Assembly (NCBI GenBank): GCA_040902225.1
Contig: JBBDXT010000007.1
Span: forward strand, 256,346-320,345
DNA from: Chloroflexota bacterium
Lineage (GTDB): Bacteria; Chloroflexota; Limnocylindria; QHBO01
Direction of reading: 5' to 3'
Length of the DNA: 64,000 nucleotides
In this document: piece by piece, positions 27,204-36,949 of the stretch
How the letters are laid out: every line of letters begins with the position of its first letter
Position numbering within the stretch: the first letter of the stretch is position 1
The notes under the pieces: generated by a model
Told to the model about the DNA's origin: nothing
Seen by the model: the letters and a program-made list of their open reading frames with translations, nothing else
The model's database searches: none
Made by a program: the position numbers and the translations under genes

Positions 27204-27554
27204 TTATAGGGAGCGGCCACCCCCCGAACGAGCCACCGAAACGGTGACCCGGGTGAGGACGATCGTCGCCCCCGGACGCCCGTCCATGCGCTGGTTGGTG
27301 GCCGCCATGAGGGCCTCGGCGCGCAGCCCGAGCTCTTGCGCGAGGATCGGCTCGGACGCCTCCACCTGGGCGGTCCCGGCGCGGACGGTGATCAGGCGCG
27401 ACGAGAGGCTGTCGCGCTCGAGCCCGGCGGCGGTGACCGCCTCCTGCCACGCCAGCCGCGCCTGGGCCAGCGCGATCTGCTCGGCGGCACCGGGACCCAT
27501 GCAGGCGAGCAGGGCTCGCTGCACCGCACTGGCGGCCTCCTCGGTGCGGCTCAT
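27204..27554 (-). CDS. DUF721 domain protein (DciA-like helicase-loader candidate) downstream of recF
   Basis: Size and position (recF-DUF721, 4-nt overlap) typical of actinobacterial DciA; sequence compatible with DUF721. Confidence 0.55.
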   Translation of the reverse strand: MSRTEEAASAVQRALLACMGPGAAEQIALAQARLAWQEAVTAAGLERDSLSSRLITVRAGTAQVEASEPILAQELGLRAEALMAATNQRMDGRPGATIVLTRVTVSVARSGGGRSL

Positions 27555-28729
27555 GCCACGCGCGGCGCCTGCGAGAGGCGTCCCTCACCGGCCTGCCAGA
27601 TCGTGACGCCCCTGCGCCCGGCGGGGAGGGTCGCCAGGTCCGCCATCGTGACCAGCACCTGGCCTCGATCCAGGAGCAGCGACAGCGACCGGTCGGAGCG
27701 CTCCGCGTCGAGCTCGGAGAAGATGTCGTCCAGCAGCACGATCGGGGTCGGGGCGCCATCGGCCCCCAGCAGGTCGGTCTCGGCCAGCTTCAGGGCCAGG
27801 ATGATCGTGCGCTGCTGCCCCCGGCTGGCATGCGTCGCCACCTCGCGACCGGCGAGCTCGACCCGCAGGTCGTCGCGGTGTGGCCCGACCAAGGAGACGC
27901 CGTTCCACAGCTCCTTCTCCCGAGCCTGGCTGATCCGTCGGCGGTAGGCCGCCTCGAGCTCCTCGATCGGTGGGGCCGCAGCGGTCGCCGCGGGCCGTTC
28001 CGGCCAGGCGTCCTTGAGCGTGTCGGCGTAGGTGACACGAACCTGTTCGCCGCGCTCGTCGACGGGAGCCACCGCGTCATGCAGCCCGGGGATCCGAGCC
28101 GCGAGGTCGGCCACCAGGTCCAGCCGCGCGGCCATCACCCGCGCCCCGACCAGCGCGAGCTGCTCGTCCCAGAAGGTGAGGTTGTCGGCCGTCGCCTCCT
28201 CGCGGCGGATGGCACGCAACAGAGCGTTGCGCTGGGCGAGGATCCGCCCCAGCTCGGCCAGGTCGGGTGCCGCCGCGCGGTGGCGCTGCGCCAGGATTGC
28301 GTCCATGAACCGACGGCGCTCGGAGGGGGCGCCCACCAGGAGGAGCATCTCCTCCGGCCGGAAGAGGACGACGCGGACGGTATCGCCGATGGTCGAGGCC
28401 CGCCTGGGCAGGCCATTGACGGTGACCCGCTTGCGGATCTCGGGGGGTGCGTCCTCGGCGGGGATCAGCAGCTCCACCCGCGAGGTCGAGGCACCCTGCG
28501 GGTCGGACAGGTCGAGCCGGACGCGGGCAAATGGCCGGGAGTGGCGCACCAGCTCGGCGTCCGATCCCGCCCGATGCGAGCGCCCCGTCACGGCGACGAA
28601 GACTGCCTCGAGCAGATTGGTCTTGCCGGCGCCGTTCGGGCCGGCCACGATCGTCATGCCGGGTTCCGGGTGGAGCTCCGCGCTGGCGTAGCTGCGGAAG
28701 TCCTCGAGGACGAGTCGGGTCAGGCGCAC
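27551..28729 (-). CDS. recF: DNA replication and repair protein RecF
   Basis: Walker A GPNGAGKTNLLEA, SMC-like signature and Walker B LLDDIFSELD. Confidence 0.9.
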   Translation of the reverse strand: MRLTRLVLEDFRSYASAELHPEPGMTIVAGPNGAGKTNLLEAVFVAVTGRSHRAGSDAELVRHSRPFARVRLDLSDPQGASTSRVELLIPAEDAPPEIRKRVTVNGLPRRASTIGDTVRVVLFRPEEMLLLVGAPSERRRFMDAILAQRHRAAAPDLAELGRILAQRNALLRAIRREEATADNLTFWDEQLALVGARVMAARLDLVADLAARIPGLHDAVAPVDERGEQVRVTYADTLKDAWPERPAATAAAPPIEELEAAYRRRISQAREKELWNGVSLVGPHRDDLRVELAGREVATHASRGQQRTIILALKLAETDLLGADGAPTPIVLLDDIFSELDAERSDRSLSLLLDRGQVLVTMADLATLPAGRRGVTIWQAGEGRLSQAPRVA

Positions 28730-28763
28730 CGCTCTGCTCCGGCCACCAGCCTGGCGGCCCTCC

Positions 28764-29888
28764 CTAGGATGCGGTCCGGACCGGCATGATCACGTGCACG
28801 TAGTCCTCCTTGCCGACCCCGCGGATGACACCCGGGGCAAGCGGACCGGAGAGCTCCAAGGCCGCCTGCTCGGCTCCCAGGTTGCTCAGCACGTCGATCA
28901 GGTAGCGCGCATTGAAGGCGATGCTGGTCGGCTGGCCCTCGACGCTGGCCTCCAGCGCATCGGCTGCATCTCCGACATCAGCTGCATGAGCGGTGATCGC
29001 GACCCCCTCCGACGCCTCGCCCCCGATCTCGATCTTCACGATGTTGGCGCTGTCACGAGCGAAGATGCTTGCCCGCCGCGCTCCGGCCAGGAACGCCTCC
29101 CGGTCCAGCACGGCGCGGCTGGTGTGCCCGGTCGGGATCACCGGCTCGTAGTTGGGGAACTGCCCCTCGATCAACCGGCTGACCAGGTCGATCCCGTTCA
29201 CGTGAAACAGGATCTGGCTCTTGTTCGGCGTCACGGTGATCTCGATCGACTCGTCGGAGTCCGGCATGATCCGCACCAGCTCCGCGTAGGAGCGAGCCGG
29301 CACCACAATCGTGATCTCGGGCGTGACCGGCTTGGCAAGCTCCAGGCTGCGCACCGCGATGCGGTAGTTATCCGCAGCCGCAAGCGTCATCCGGTCTCCG
29401 GCCAGCCGGGTCAGCACCCCGGTGAGGATCGGGCGGCTCTCGTCGCTGGCCGCCGCGAAGACGACCTCGCCCAGGGCCTCGCGCAGGGTCCGCGAGTCCG
29501 CACTGCTGATCGGCGTGTCGCCAATGGCGGCCACGACCGGAAACTCATCGGCCTCGATCCCCTTGATCGAGGAGCGACTCCCGCCACAGGTGACCTTGAG
29601 CGTTCGGTCCTTGGCCGAGAACTGGAGGTCGATGCGCTGGTTCGGGAGCGACGAGACGAGCTCCGTCAGGAGCTTGGCCGGGACCGTGATCTCGCCTTCA
29701 TCGGCCACCTTGCCCGGGACCCAGCAGTTGATGCCGATCTCGAGATTGGTGGCGGTCAGCTTGAGGCCGGCGTTCTCGGTCTTGAGCAGGACATTGGCCA
29801 GCACCGGAAGGGTGGCCCTGCTGCTGACGGCTCGACCCACCACCCCCAGGCCGCGCGCCAGGTTCTCCTGCATGACCGATACGTTCAT
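28764..29888 (-). CDS. dnaN: DNA polymerase III beta sliding clamp
   Basis: Three-domain clamp, conserved N-terminus (LARGLGVVGRAVSSRATLPVLANVLL); start at MNVSV (29888) or upstream ATG 29912. Confidence 0.9.
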   Translation of the reverse strand: MNVSVMQENLARGLGVVGRAVSSRATLPVLANVLLKTENAGLKLTATNLEIGINCWVPGKVADEGEITVPAKLLTELVSSLPNQRIDLQFSAKDRTLKVTCGGSRSSIKGIEADEFPVVAAIGDTPISSADSRTLREALGEVVFAAASDESRPILTGVLTRLAGDRMTLAAADNYRIAVRSLELAKPVTPEITIVVPARSYAELVRIMPDSDESIEITVTPNKSQILFHVNGIDLVSRLIEGQFPNYEPVIPTGHTSRAVLDREAFLAGARRASIFARDSANIVKIEIGGEASEGVAITAHAADVGDAADALEASVEGQPTSIAFNARYLIDVLSNLGAEQAALELSGPLAPGVIRGVGKEDYVHVIMPVRTAS

Positions 29889-29912
29889 TCCGACCTCATC
29901 CTTGACGACCAT

Positions 29913-30208
29913 TGGTTCTCCACTGGCCTGTGCGTCACTCTATGAAACCAAGAGAAGGATACTCATCCGCAGCCGTCCCTAGTAGGCGTGTGGACGATGT
30001 GGATCGTCACGCACGTCCGTGCTTGGCCGCGGTGCCGATAACAGCCTCCCGTCGGTGGGCATCCGTCCTCGTGGTGAGCCCTTGCTGTGGATGGCTCGCC
30101 CCACCCGGTTGACAACCCTCCCGTCTGCGTCCGGCGACCCGGCAGCTTCGTCCACGTCGAGCGACATTTCTCCACCGTCCTGGCCAGGTTCTCCACGGAC
30201 GGCAGGCG
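29913..30208. other. Candidate oriC: dnaA-dnaN spacer with cluster of DnaA-box-like 9-mers and an AT-richer stretch
   Basis: TGTGGACGA, TGTGGATCG (tandem, 29988-30006), TGTGGATGG (30086-30094), and TTCTCCAC(T/C/G) at 29918, 30166 and 30188; AT-rich segment 29940-29970. Confidence 0.5.
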
Positions 30209-31549
30209 TCACTCGGAGTAGATCATCTCCCGCACCGCGCTCACCTCGCGGCGCATCTCGTCATTCTCGGCCAGCTCCCGCGCGATCTTGTCGTAGGCAT
30301 GCAGGACGGTCGAGTGGTCTCGCCCCCCGAGCTCGGCGCCGATCCGCAGCAGGGAGATGTCGGTCTCCTCGCGGATCAGGTACATCGCGATCTGGCGCGG
30401 CACGACGATCGCCTTGTCGCGCTTCGACGAGCGCAGCTGGTCGAGGTTGACGCCGTAGTAGTCAGCCACCGCGCGCACGATGCGCTGTGGTGTGATGGAG
30501 CGCTTCTTGGGGTTGTACATGACGTTCGACAGGACCGCGCTGGCCAGCTCGTTGTTGATCGGCATGCCCGACATCGAGGCGTAGGCGACGACCCGGTTGA
30601 GCGCCCCCTCCAGCTCGCGGACGTTGCTCACCACCTTGCGCGCGATGAACTCGATCACCTCGGCCGGGATCAGGTTCAGCTGGTCCTCGGCCTTGCTGCG
30701 CAGGATCGCGATGCGGGTCTCGAGGTCCGGCGGCGTCAGGTCGGCGATGAGGCCCCACTCGAACCGTGAGCGGAGCCGCTCCTCCAGGGTGGTGATCGCC
30801 TTCGGCGGCCGGTCGCTGGACAGGACGATCTGCTTGCCTGCCTCGTGGATGGTGTTGAAGGTGTGGAAGAACTCCTCCTGCGTCCGCTCGCGCTCGGCGA
30901 TGAACTGGATGTCGTCGATCAGCAGCACGTCGATGCGGCGATAGCGGTTGCGGAAGTCCTCCATCTTCTGCTCGCGGATCGAGTTGATGAAGTCGTTGGT
31001 GAACTTCTCGCTGGTCGCGTACAGGATCCGCTTGCGCGGGAACTTGACCGCCACCGCGTTGCCGATGGCGTGCATCAGATGGGTCTTGCCGAGGCCCACG
31101 CCGCCGTACAGGAAGAGCGGGTTATAGGCGTGACCGGGCCGCTCGGCGACCGAGAGGGCCGCGGCGTGCGCCAGGCGATTGGCACTGCCCACGATGAAGT
31201 TGCTGAAGGCGTAGCGCCCGTTCAGGTTGACCGTATTGCCGCCGGCCGAGGCCGGGGGGAGCGGGAGCGCCTGGTCGTCGGACTGGGCGGGCACCGGGCC
31301 GGGGGCATCGGCCACCACGAACTCGACCTGGACCGACCCGCCCACCACCCGGGCGAGGGTCTGGCTGATCAGGGTTCGATATCGGTTGTCGAGCCAGTCG
31401 CGGGCAAAGCCGTTCGGGGCTGCGATGCGATAGCGGTTCTCGTCGAGGTCTACGAGCGACGTGTCCTTCAGCCAGGTCTCGAAGTTGGCCGGGGAAAGAG
31501 AGACCTGCAGCTCACCCAGGACGGCACGCCATACCTGCTTCGCATCCAT
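30209..31549 (-). CDS. dnaA: Chromosomal replication initiator DnaA
   Basis: AAA+ Walker [16 protein letters not shown], sensor motifs, C-terminal DnaA signature ([28 protein letters not shown]); start ATG 31549 (MDAKQVW). Confidence 0.92.
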   Translation of the reverse strand: MDAKQVWRAVLGELQVSLSPANFETWLKDTSLVDLDENRYRIAAPNGFARDWLDNRYRTLISQTLARVVGGSVQVEFVVADAPGPVPAQSDDQALPLPPASAGGNTVNLNGRYAFSNFIVGSANRLAHAAALSVAERPGHAYNPLFLYGGVGLGKTHLMHAIGNAVAVKFPRKRILYATSEKFTNDFINSIREQKMEDFRNRYRRIDVLLIDDIQFIAERERTQEEFFHTFNTIHEAGKQIVLSSDRPPKAITTLEERLRSRFEWGLIADLTPPDLETRIAILRSKAEDQLNLIPAEVIEFIARKVVSNVRELEGALNRVVAYASMSGMPINNELASAVLSNVMYNPKKRSITPQRIVRAVADYYGVNLDQLRSSKRDKAIVVPRQIAMYLIREETDISLLRIGAELGGRDHSTVLHAYDKIARELAENDEMRREVSAVREMIYSE

Positions 31550-31728
31550 CGATAGCCAACTCCCAATCGATTGAGCCGCGGCGTTCCGGCACCGGTTGAG
31601 GACCTCCCTCGGGGCGCACGGGACCCGGTCAGATGGGCGCGGGCCTCGGGGGTCGCGGTAGTGTAGCAGCACCCTTTCGGGACCGGCAATGGATTAGTTC
31701 AAGTTGCCGTCGCTCCGGGGTTGGAGGT

Positions 31729-31758
31729 TTGACACTCCGCTCGACGCGTCGCTAGAAT
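31729..31758 (+). promoter_or_regulatory. Sigma70-type promoter candidate for the rpmH-rnpA-yidD-yidC-jag operon
   Basis: TTGACA (31729-34), 18-nt spacer, TAGAAT (31753-58). Confidence 0.4.
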
Positions 31759-31878
31759 CGCCGGGCAGAGCGAGACGGGCCGCACCACACGGCCATCGCG
31801 TCAGGCTGGCGAAGACGCCAGCCATTCTTGTGTTATCGACCCCGATCGCCGCCGCTGAACGAGGACAGTCACGCACTC

Positions 31879-32013
31879 ATGAAGAGGACCTACCAGCCCA
31901 AGAAGCGCGCCCGGAAGCGGGAACACGGCTTCCGCGCTCGCATGGCTTCGAAGGGTGGTCGCCGCGTGCTTGCCCGTCGTCGGGCGAAGGGGCGCGAGAA
32001 GCTCAGCGCCTGA
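31879..32013 (+). CDS. rpmH: 50S ribosomal protein L34
   Basis: [22 protein letters not shown]... Confidence 0.95.
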   Translation: MKRTYQPKKRARKREHGFRARMASKGGRRVLARRRAKGREKLSA

Positions 32014-32030
32014 CGGCGTAGAGGACCGAG

Positions 32031-32366
32031 GTGCCGCCCCTTGAGATGCTTCGGCGCAAGGCGGACTTCGACGCGATTGGTCGCCACGGGACGGTTCGCT
32101 CCAGTCGGCTCCTGGTCCTGCGATCGATGCGGACCTCGGGGTCGAGGACGAGGATCGGGCTGAGCACCCCGCGATCGCTCGGCGGCGCGGTCCAGCGCAA
32201 TCGGGTGAGGCGTCGGCTGCGCGACCTGCTCCGCGAGCAGCTGAACGCCACGGAAGGGGGCCTGGACCTGTTGCTGATCGCGCGATCGGAGGCAGGGACA
32301 GCAAGCTACTCGGAGCTGCGGGAGGCATTGCGATCGCTCCTCGAGCGATCGGGAATCGGTGGATGA
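32031..32366 (+). CDS. rnpA: Ribonuclease P protein component
   Basis: Basic RnpA motif ([14 protein letters not shown]); position after rpmH. Confidence 0.85.
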   Translation: MPPLEMLRRKADFDAIGRHGTVRSSRLLVLRSMRTSGSRTRIGLSTPRSLGGAVQRNRVRRRLRDLLREQLNATEGGLDLLLIARSEAGTASYSELREALRSLLERSGIGG

Positions 32367-32569
32367 GGAAGATCGGGCTCGGGCTGATCATCGCGTACCA
32401 GCGGCTCTTCGCATGGCTGCCGCCCAGCTGCCGCTATACGCCGAGCTGCTCGCAGTACACCTACCAGGCCATCGAGCGCTACGGCCTCCTTCGCGGGTCC
32501 TGGATGGGTGCCCGCCGCATCGGCCGCTGTCATCCGATGCACCCGGGTGGCTATGACCCGGTCCGCTAG
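32363..32569 (+). CDS. yidD: Membrane protein insertion efficiency factor YidD
   Basis: [10 protein letters not shown]...[13 protein letters not shown] signature. Confidence 0.9.
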   Translation: MRKIGLGLIIAYQRLFAWLPPSCRYTPSCSQYTYQAIERYGLLRGSWMGARRIGRCHPMHPGGYDPVR

Positions 32570-32584
32570 AGAGAGCACCAGACC

Positions 32585-33757
32585 TTGACACTCATCGGCG
32601 CCGGGTTCCTGGGGATAGAGCACTTCACGCCCCCGTGGGATGTCTTCTTCCTGCCCCTCTTCAACCTGCTGATCGCGTCGTATCGGATCATCTTCAGCGA
32701 CTTCGCGCTCGCGATCATCGTCTTCACGATCGTCATCCGCACGCTGCTGGCCCCGCTCTTCGTGCGCCAGATCAACTCCCAGAAAGAGATGCAGCGTATG
32801 GCGCCCCTCATCCGCGAGGTGAACCGCAAGCACAAGGGCAACCGGACCAAGATCGCCGAGGAGACGCAGGCGCTCTACCGGGAGCATGGGGTCAACCCGG
32901 CCGCCGGCTGCCTGCCGGTCGTGGCTCAGCTGCCGCTCCTGTTTGCGCTCTACCAGGCGCTCATCCGCGCCTCGAACGTGGTCACGCTGTCGGTCAAGGA
33001 CGCGGCGTCGGACACTTTCAGCCAGCTGCAGGCGGCGCTCCCCGGCATCGTCAAGATCGCCGACATCAAGGACGCGGCCGGCGCCATCACCCAGGTCCAG
33101 TACGCGGCGCCGGTTGTCGGCAGCGGTGCCACCTGCAGCCTGGCGCAGTTCGAGGTCGACCCCTTCAAGAGCTTCCTGCCCCTGAACTGCCAGCTGATCG
33201 ATCCTCTGAAGCTGATCGAGCCGATCAATACGCACGTCTCGTGGCTCCTGAACCTCGACCTGGCGCAAATCGACAACAAGTTCGGGTTCATCATCCCGGG
33301 CCTCGGCTTCACGATCTCCGCCCTGGCCATTCTGGCCGGGATCCTGCAGTTCATCCAGGTCCGCATGACCAGCCCCAAGCCGGTCGCCGACGACCCCACC
33401 TCGTCGACCACCAACACCATGACCTACCTCTTCCCGCTGCTGACGATCTGGTGGGGCGGCCTCTTCCCGAGCGGCCTGATCCTGTATTGGATCGTGTACA
33501 CCGCCTACCTGGTCGTGCAGCAGTTCCGGATCATGGGCTGGGGCAACCTCTTCCCGCTCTTCGGCTGGCAGCCGGGCTTCGCGCCTGCGCCGGAGACCGG
33601 GCTCGTCAGCCGACCGGCGCGCGACCCCACCGAGCCAGACAAGGCGGCGACCAACACCGCGACGCCGCCCAACCCACGTCCCGCTGGCACGCCGGGTGGC
33701 ACCAGCCGCCCCGCGTCCCGCTCGACCAAGAAGAGACGCCGAGGACGAAGACGATGA
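32585..33757 (+). CDS. yidC: Membrane protein insertase YidC (short Gram-positive type)
   Basis: 60-kDa inner-membrane protein core (VIRTLLAPLF, LPVVAQLPLLFALYQAL, basic C-tail). Confidence 0.9.
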   Translation: MTLIGAGFLGIEHFTPPWDVFFLPLFNLLIASYRIIFSDFALAIIVFTIVIRTLLAPLFVRQINSQKEMQRMAPLIREVNRKHKGNRTKIAEETQALYREHGVNPAAGCLPVVAQLPLLFALYQALIRASNVVTLSVKDAASDTFSQLQAALPGIVKIADIKDAAGAITQVQYAAPVVGSGATCSLAQFEVDPFKSFLPLNCQLIDPLKLIEPINTHVSWLLNLDLAQIDNKFGFIIPGLGFTISALAILAGILQFIQVRMTSPKPVADDPTSSTTNTMTYLFPLLTIWWGGLFPSGLILYWIVYTAYLVVQQFRIMGWGNLFPLFGWQPGFAPAPETGLVSRPARDPTEPDKAATNTATPPNPRPAGTPGGTSRPASRSTKKRRRGRRR

Positions 33758-34752
33758 CATTCCGAGAGTTCACCGGCAAGAACGTCGAAGAAGCGATCCG
33801 CACCGCGATGAAGGAATACAGCGCGGAGCTCGCCGAGCTCGACATCGAGATCCTGTCCCAGGGGAACCGCGGCATCCTTGGGGTCGGAGGCGAGGAGGCA
33901 CGCATCCTGGCCGCACCGAAGTCCGCGGTCGCGGCCGCCGAGACGGTGCGCGACACGTCTCACGAGCCTCCGGAGCCGATGGAGCCGATGGCGCCGATAG
34001 CGCCGGCAGGCGAACCCAGCCTGCCCAGCGCCGATCAGCCCGCCGAGGGCGAGCCGATGAGCGAGCAGCTCGCCGACCTCGGACGCTCCGAGGCACCTCC
34101 GCGTCGCGATGCAGGGGGCCGATCCCGCGGTGGGCGCGGGCGGTCGGACCGCGACACGCGCGGCGGGCGTGGCGATCGCCCCTTCCGCGAGAGACCACCG
34201 CGCGCGCCACGCGAGCCACGCGAGGACAGGCCGCCGCGCGAGCCCGCCCCCTTCATCCCCGGCAAGCCGCTCGACGAGCTGTCAGAGAAGGAGCGCGGCA
34301 CGCTGGCGGAGGCGAAGGGCGTGCTCGAGGAGCTCCTGCGCTTGATGGAGGTGCCGGGCACGGTCGAGGTTGCGACCGGCGGTGAGACGGCGCGTCTCAA
34401 CGTACGCGGCTCGGACCTGGGCGTGTTGATCGGCCGGCGCGGCGAGAAGCTGGCCAGCCTCCAGCACATCGTCAATCTGATCGTGGCAAAGAAGGAAGGC
34501 GAGTATCACCGCATCGCGGTGGATGTCGAGAACTACCGCGGCCGACGCGAGGAGCAGCTTCGCGACGTCGCCGATCGGGCCGCCAAGCGAGTCCTCCAGA
34601 CGGGCAAGATCATCCAGCTGGAGCCGATGCCCGCGATCGAGCGCCGCATCGTGCACATGGCGCTGGTCGAGAACCCCCAGGTTCGCACCCAGAGCGTTGG
34701 AGTCGAGCCGAACCGGCGGATCGTGATCCTGCCTGCCACCAAGGTCGAATAG
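33754..34752 (+). CDS. jag: Jag/KhpB RNA-binding protein (Jag_N, KH and R3H domains)
   Basis: ATGA overlap with the yidC stop; Jag_N MTFREFTGKNVEEAI, Arg/Gly-rich linker, KH/R3H C-terminus. Confidence 0.85.
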   Translation: MTFREFTGKNVEEAIRTAMKEYSAELAELDIEILSQGNRGILGVGGEEARILAAPKSAVAAAETVRDTSHEPPEPMEPMAPIAPAGEPSLPSADQPAEGEPMSEQLADLGRSEAPPRRDAGGRSRGGRGRSDRDTRGGRGDRPFRERPPRAPREPREDRPPREPAPFIPGKPLDELSEKERGTLAEAKGVLEELLRLMEVPGTVEVATGGETARLNVRGSDLGVLIGRRGEKLASLQHIVNLIVAKKEGEYHRIAVDVENYRGRREEQLRDVADRAAKRVLQTGKIIQLEPMPAIERRIVHMALVENPQVRTQSVGVEPNRRIVILPATKVE

Positions 34753-34765
34753 CCGGACGATCATC

Positions 34766-35209
34766 ATGGGGAGCGCCGCAGCGCCGCTGAATGCCGTCCG
34801 CGCCATCGGACGGCTCGACGTGGGTGGCCCGTGGATCGGCTTTGGCTACCGAGCTGGTGCGAGCCGCATCGTGGTGGAGGTCGTAGACGCCATGCGTGAC
34901 GCTTCCGCGGACCAGGATCTTGTCCTCGCGCTCGCGATCGCCTACTTCGCCGAGGCCCTTGACGACGCACCGCCGGACCTCGAGGCCACCCAGTCGGATA
35001 TGTCCGCCCTGGTGCGCCATGTGATGGGGGCAGAGGCGGATCCGGCGCGCCACGCGCTGCTGGGTGAGGCGATGGACGCCATCGACGACGGGCTCGCCGG
35101 GGATGCGGTGGCCGAGAAGCTGCAGGCCGCCAGGTCAGCGCGGGACGGCACAGTCGACCCGATTGAGCTCCTGTCGATGCGGGCTCAGGAGATCGCCGCC
35201 GGGGGCTAA
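34766..35209 (+). CDS. Hypothetical acidic protein
   Basis: Clean ORF directly after jag; no recognisable motif. Confidence 0.4.
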   Translation: MGSAAAPLNAVRAIGRLDVGGPWIGFGYRAGASRIVVEVVDAMRDASADQDLVLALAIAYFAEALDDAPPDLEATQSDMSALVRHVMGAEADPARHALLGEAMDAIDDGLAGDAVAEKLQAARSARDGTVDPIELLSMRAQEIAAGG

Positions 35210-35775
35210 GCCCTCGGATCGTCCTCCGACCGCTCGCCGCCCATCGGCTCATTCATGGAGTCTGACATCGGCTCGGCCATCGGCGGCGACATCGGCTCGG
35301 CGGGCGGGGCCGGTGGGGCAGGCGGTGCAGCGGGGGGAGCGGGGGGAGCGGGGGGTGCCGGAGGTGCTGTGCCGGCCGTGCCGAGATTGAACTTGCCGCC
35401 CTCGGACTGGAACTCCCGCCAGCTCGCCCAGCCCATCAGGAGGCCGCCGGCGGTGCTGAGGAGGAGGCCGACGAACCACAGGCCGCCGTACAGGGCGAAC
35501 GCCCCCAAGACGGTGAGGATCGCGAGGAGCGACAGGACCGCTGCGATCCCGGCGACGCCGCCCACGATCAGCATCAGGCTGCCCTTTGAGCCCGGGAGCG
35601 TCGTGGTCGGCGAGAACTGCGGCAGGAAGACGACGATGAGCATGGCGACGCCGGTCAGCAGCGTGAACGTCCCCCCGCCACCGAAGCTCAATATCGCACC
35701 GACAATGGCTGCCACGGCACCGATTGCCGCCAGCTTTTCGTTCGATCCGAGCTTGGAGAAGTCCATCTGAGTCAA
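35206..35775 (-). CDS. Membrane protein with C-terminal (PAPP)n repeat tail, paralog A
   Basis: N-terminus MDFSKLGSNEKLAAIGAVAAIVGAI; four TM helices; tail GTAPPAPPAPPAPPAAPPAPPAPPAEP. Confidence 0.55.
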   Translation of the reverse strand: MTQMDFSKLGSNEKLAAIGAVAAIVGAILSFGGGGTFTLLTGVAMLIVVFLPQFSPTTTLPGSKGSLMLIVGGVAGIAAVLSLLAILTVLGAFALYGGLWFVGLLLSTAGGLLMGWASWREFQSEGGKFNLGTAGTAPPAPPAPPAPPAAPPAPPAPPAEPMSPPMAEPMSDSMNEPMGGERSEDDPRA

Positions 35776-35873
35776 ACGCCTCCCTATGTCATCGCGGCGA
35801 CGATGCGTGGAGCGCGCTGGGCGTGCCGCTTGGCCGCGACCTTAGCACAGGCAGGGGCCGCTTCATAGGCAGA

Positions 35874-36380
35874 TCAGGCCTGGTCGTCATCTCGGTAGGT
35901 CGGTGCGTCGACCGGCGGCTCGCTGGGTGGCGACGCGGAAGGAGGTGCTGCCGGCGCTTGCGCCGCGGACGACGCGCCGGACGAGCCCATCTGGAACTTG
36001 CCACCCTCGGCCTGGAATGCCAGCCAGCCAGCCCAGCCCATGACCAGGGCACCGGCCACGGCGCTCAGGAAGAGGAGCGACGAGAGGTCAAAGCCCTCGA
36101 ATGTGAAGCTGAAGGTCGACAGGAGGACGTATGCCATGAGCAGGGCCGCCAGGCCGCCGACGACGACCATCAGGGTCCCCTTGTTGCCCGGGAGCTTGGT
36201 GCCGGGCGACATCTGGGGCAGGAAGATCACGACGAGCATCGCGAGCGCGAGGATCGCGCCAAGCCAGGTCACGCCCCAGTGACCGGGGTAGCTCGATGCT
36301 GCCACGACGGCGCCGATGAGGGTCGCCACAGCACCGTACACCGCCAGCTTTTCCGATGCGCTGAGCTTGGAGAGATCCAT
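35874..36380 (-). CDS. Membrane protein, paralog B of the preceding gene
   Basis: MDLSKLSASEKLAVYGAVATLIGAV, same topology and C-terminal W..FQ.EGGKF..G block. Confidence 0.55.
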   Translation of the reverse strand: MDLSKLSASEKLAVYGAVATLIGAVVAASSYPGHWGVTWLGAILALAMLVVIFLPQMSPGTKLPGNKGTLMVVVGGLAALLMAYVLLSTFSFTFEGFDLSSLLFLSAVAGALVMGWAGWLAFQAEGGKFQMGSSGASSAAQAPAAPPSASPPSEPPVDAPTYRDDDQA

Positions 36381-36530
36381 GATCCCACGCCTCCATCACC
36401 CGCGGCCGGAGCAGGAATCTGGGCGTGCCGCGTGCAGGCACGTTAGCACAGGGAACAGGCCGCCCAGCGAGATGAATGCGACCGCATAACCGGCTGGTTG
36501 CTTCCGGGAGGAGGCGTGGCGGCGGAGTGT

Positions 36531-36895
36531 TGGTGGAGATGGGGGAGAATCGAACTCCCCGTCCAGAACCGAGTCGCCGGGAACGTACTACAGATATTTC
36601 CGGCCTATTTCGAGCTTCGCCTGCGGGCCCCCGACCGGCGGGGTGCTCCGCTCGCTATCCGGCTGACCTTGCGGCCCTTTGACGCCACTCACCGGAGTCG
36701 GCGGCGCCGCATCTCGCCTTGTGACGCCTTCACGGCCCGGCGAGAGAGGGCCGTGTCGGCGCTCGTCGCTACTTAGGCGGCGAGAGCGTAACTATTCTTG
36801 CCAGTTACTGGCTTGCCCGCGGTTTTACGAGGCCATGCGGGCGACCTCGACCTGCAGTTCCCGGTCCCTGAGCCCTGTCGAAACCTGACATCCCC
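36531..36895 (-). ncRNA. ssrA: tmRNA (SsrA), tag reading frame ...GKNSYALAA-stop
   Basis: 5' end GGGGAUGUCAGGUUUCGACAGGG; 3' tRNA-like end GGGGAGUUCGAUUCUCCCCAUCUCCACCA; internal ORF ending UAC GCU CUC GCC GCC UAA; adjacent smpB. Confidence 0.85.
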
Positions 36896-36949
36896 ACGGA
36901 CCGATCGAGCATGCATGGTAGCACGGGCCTGCCACGAGCTCGATCGCCG

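Noticed and set aside
31550-31878. rpmH-dnaA intergenic region as oriC
   Set aside because: I could not find convincing DnaA-box 9-mers there (only a weak TGTTATCGA). The dnaA-dnaN spacer is much richer in boxes. The region does hold a good sigma70-like promoter for rpmH.
32635-34752. 705-aa plus-strand ORF spanning yidC and jag
   Set aside because: Its first ~370 codons are an alternative frame of yidC with Arg/Pro-rich nonsense. The real Jag/KhpB starts at ATG 33754 (MTFREFTGKN), overlapping the yidC stop.
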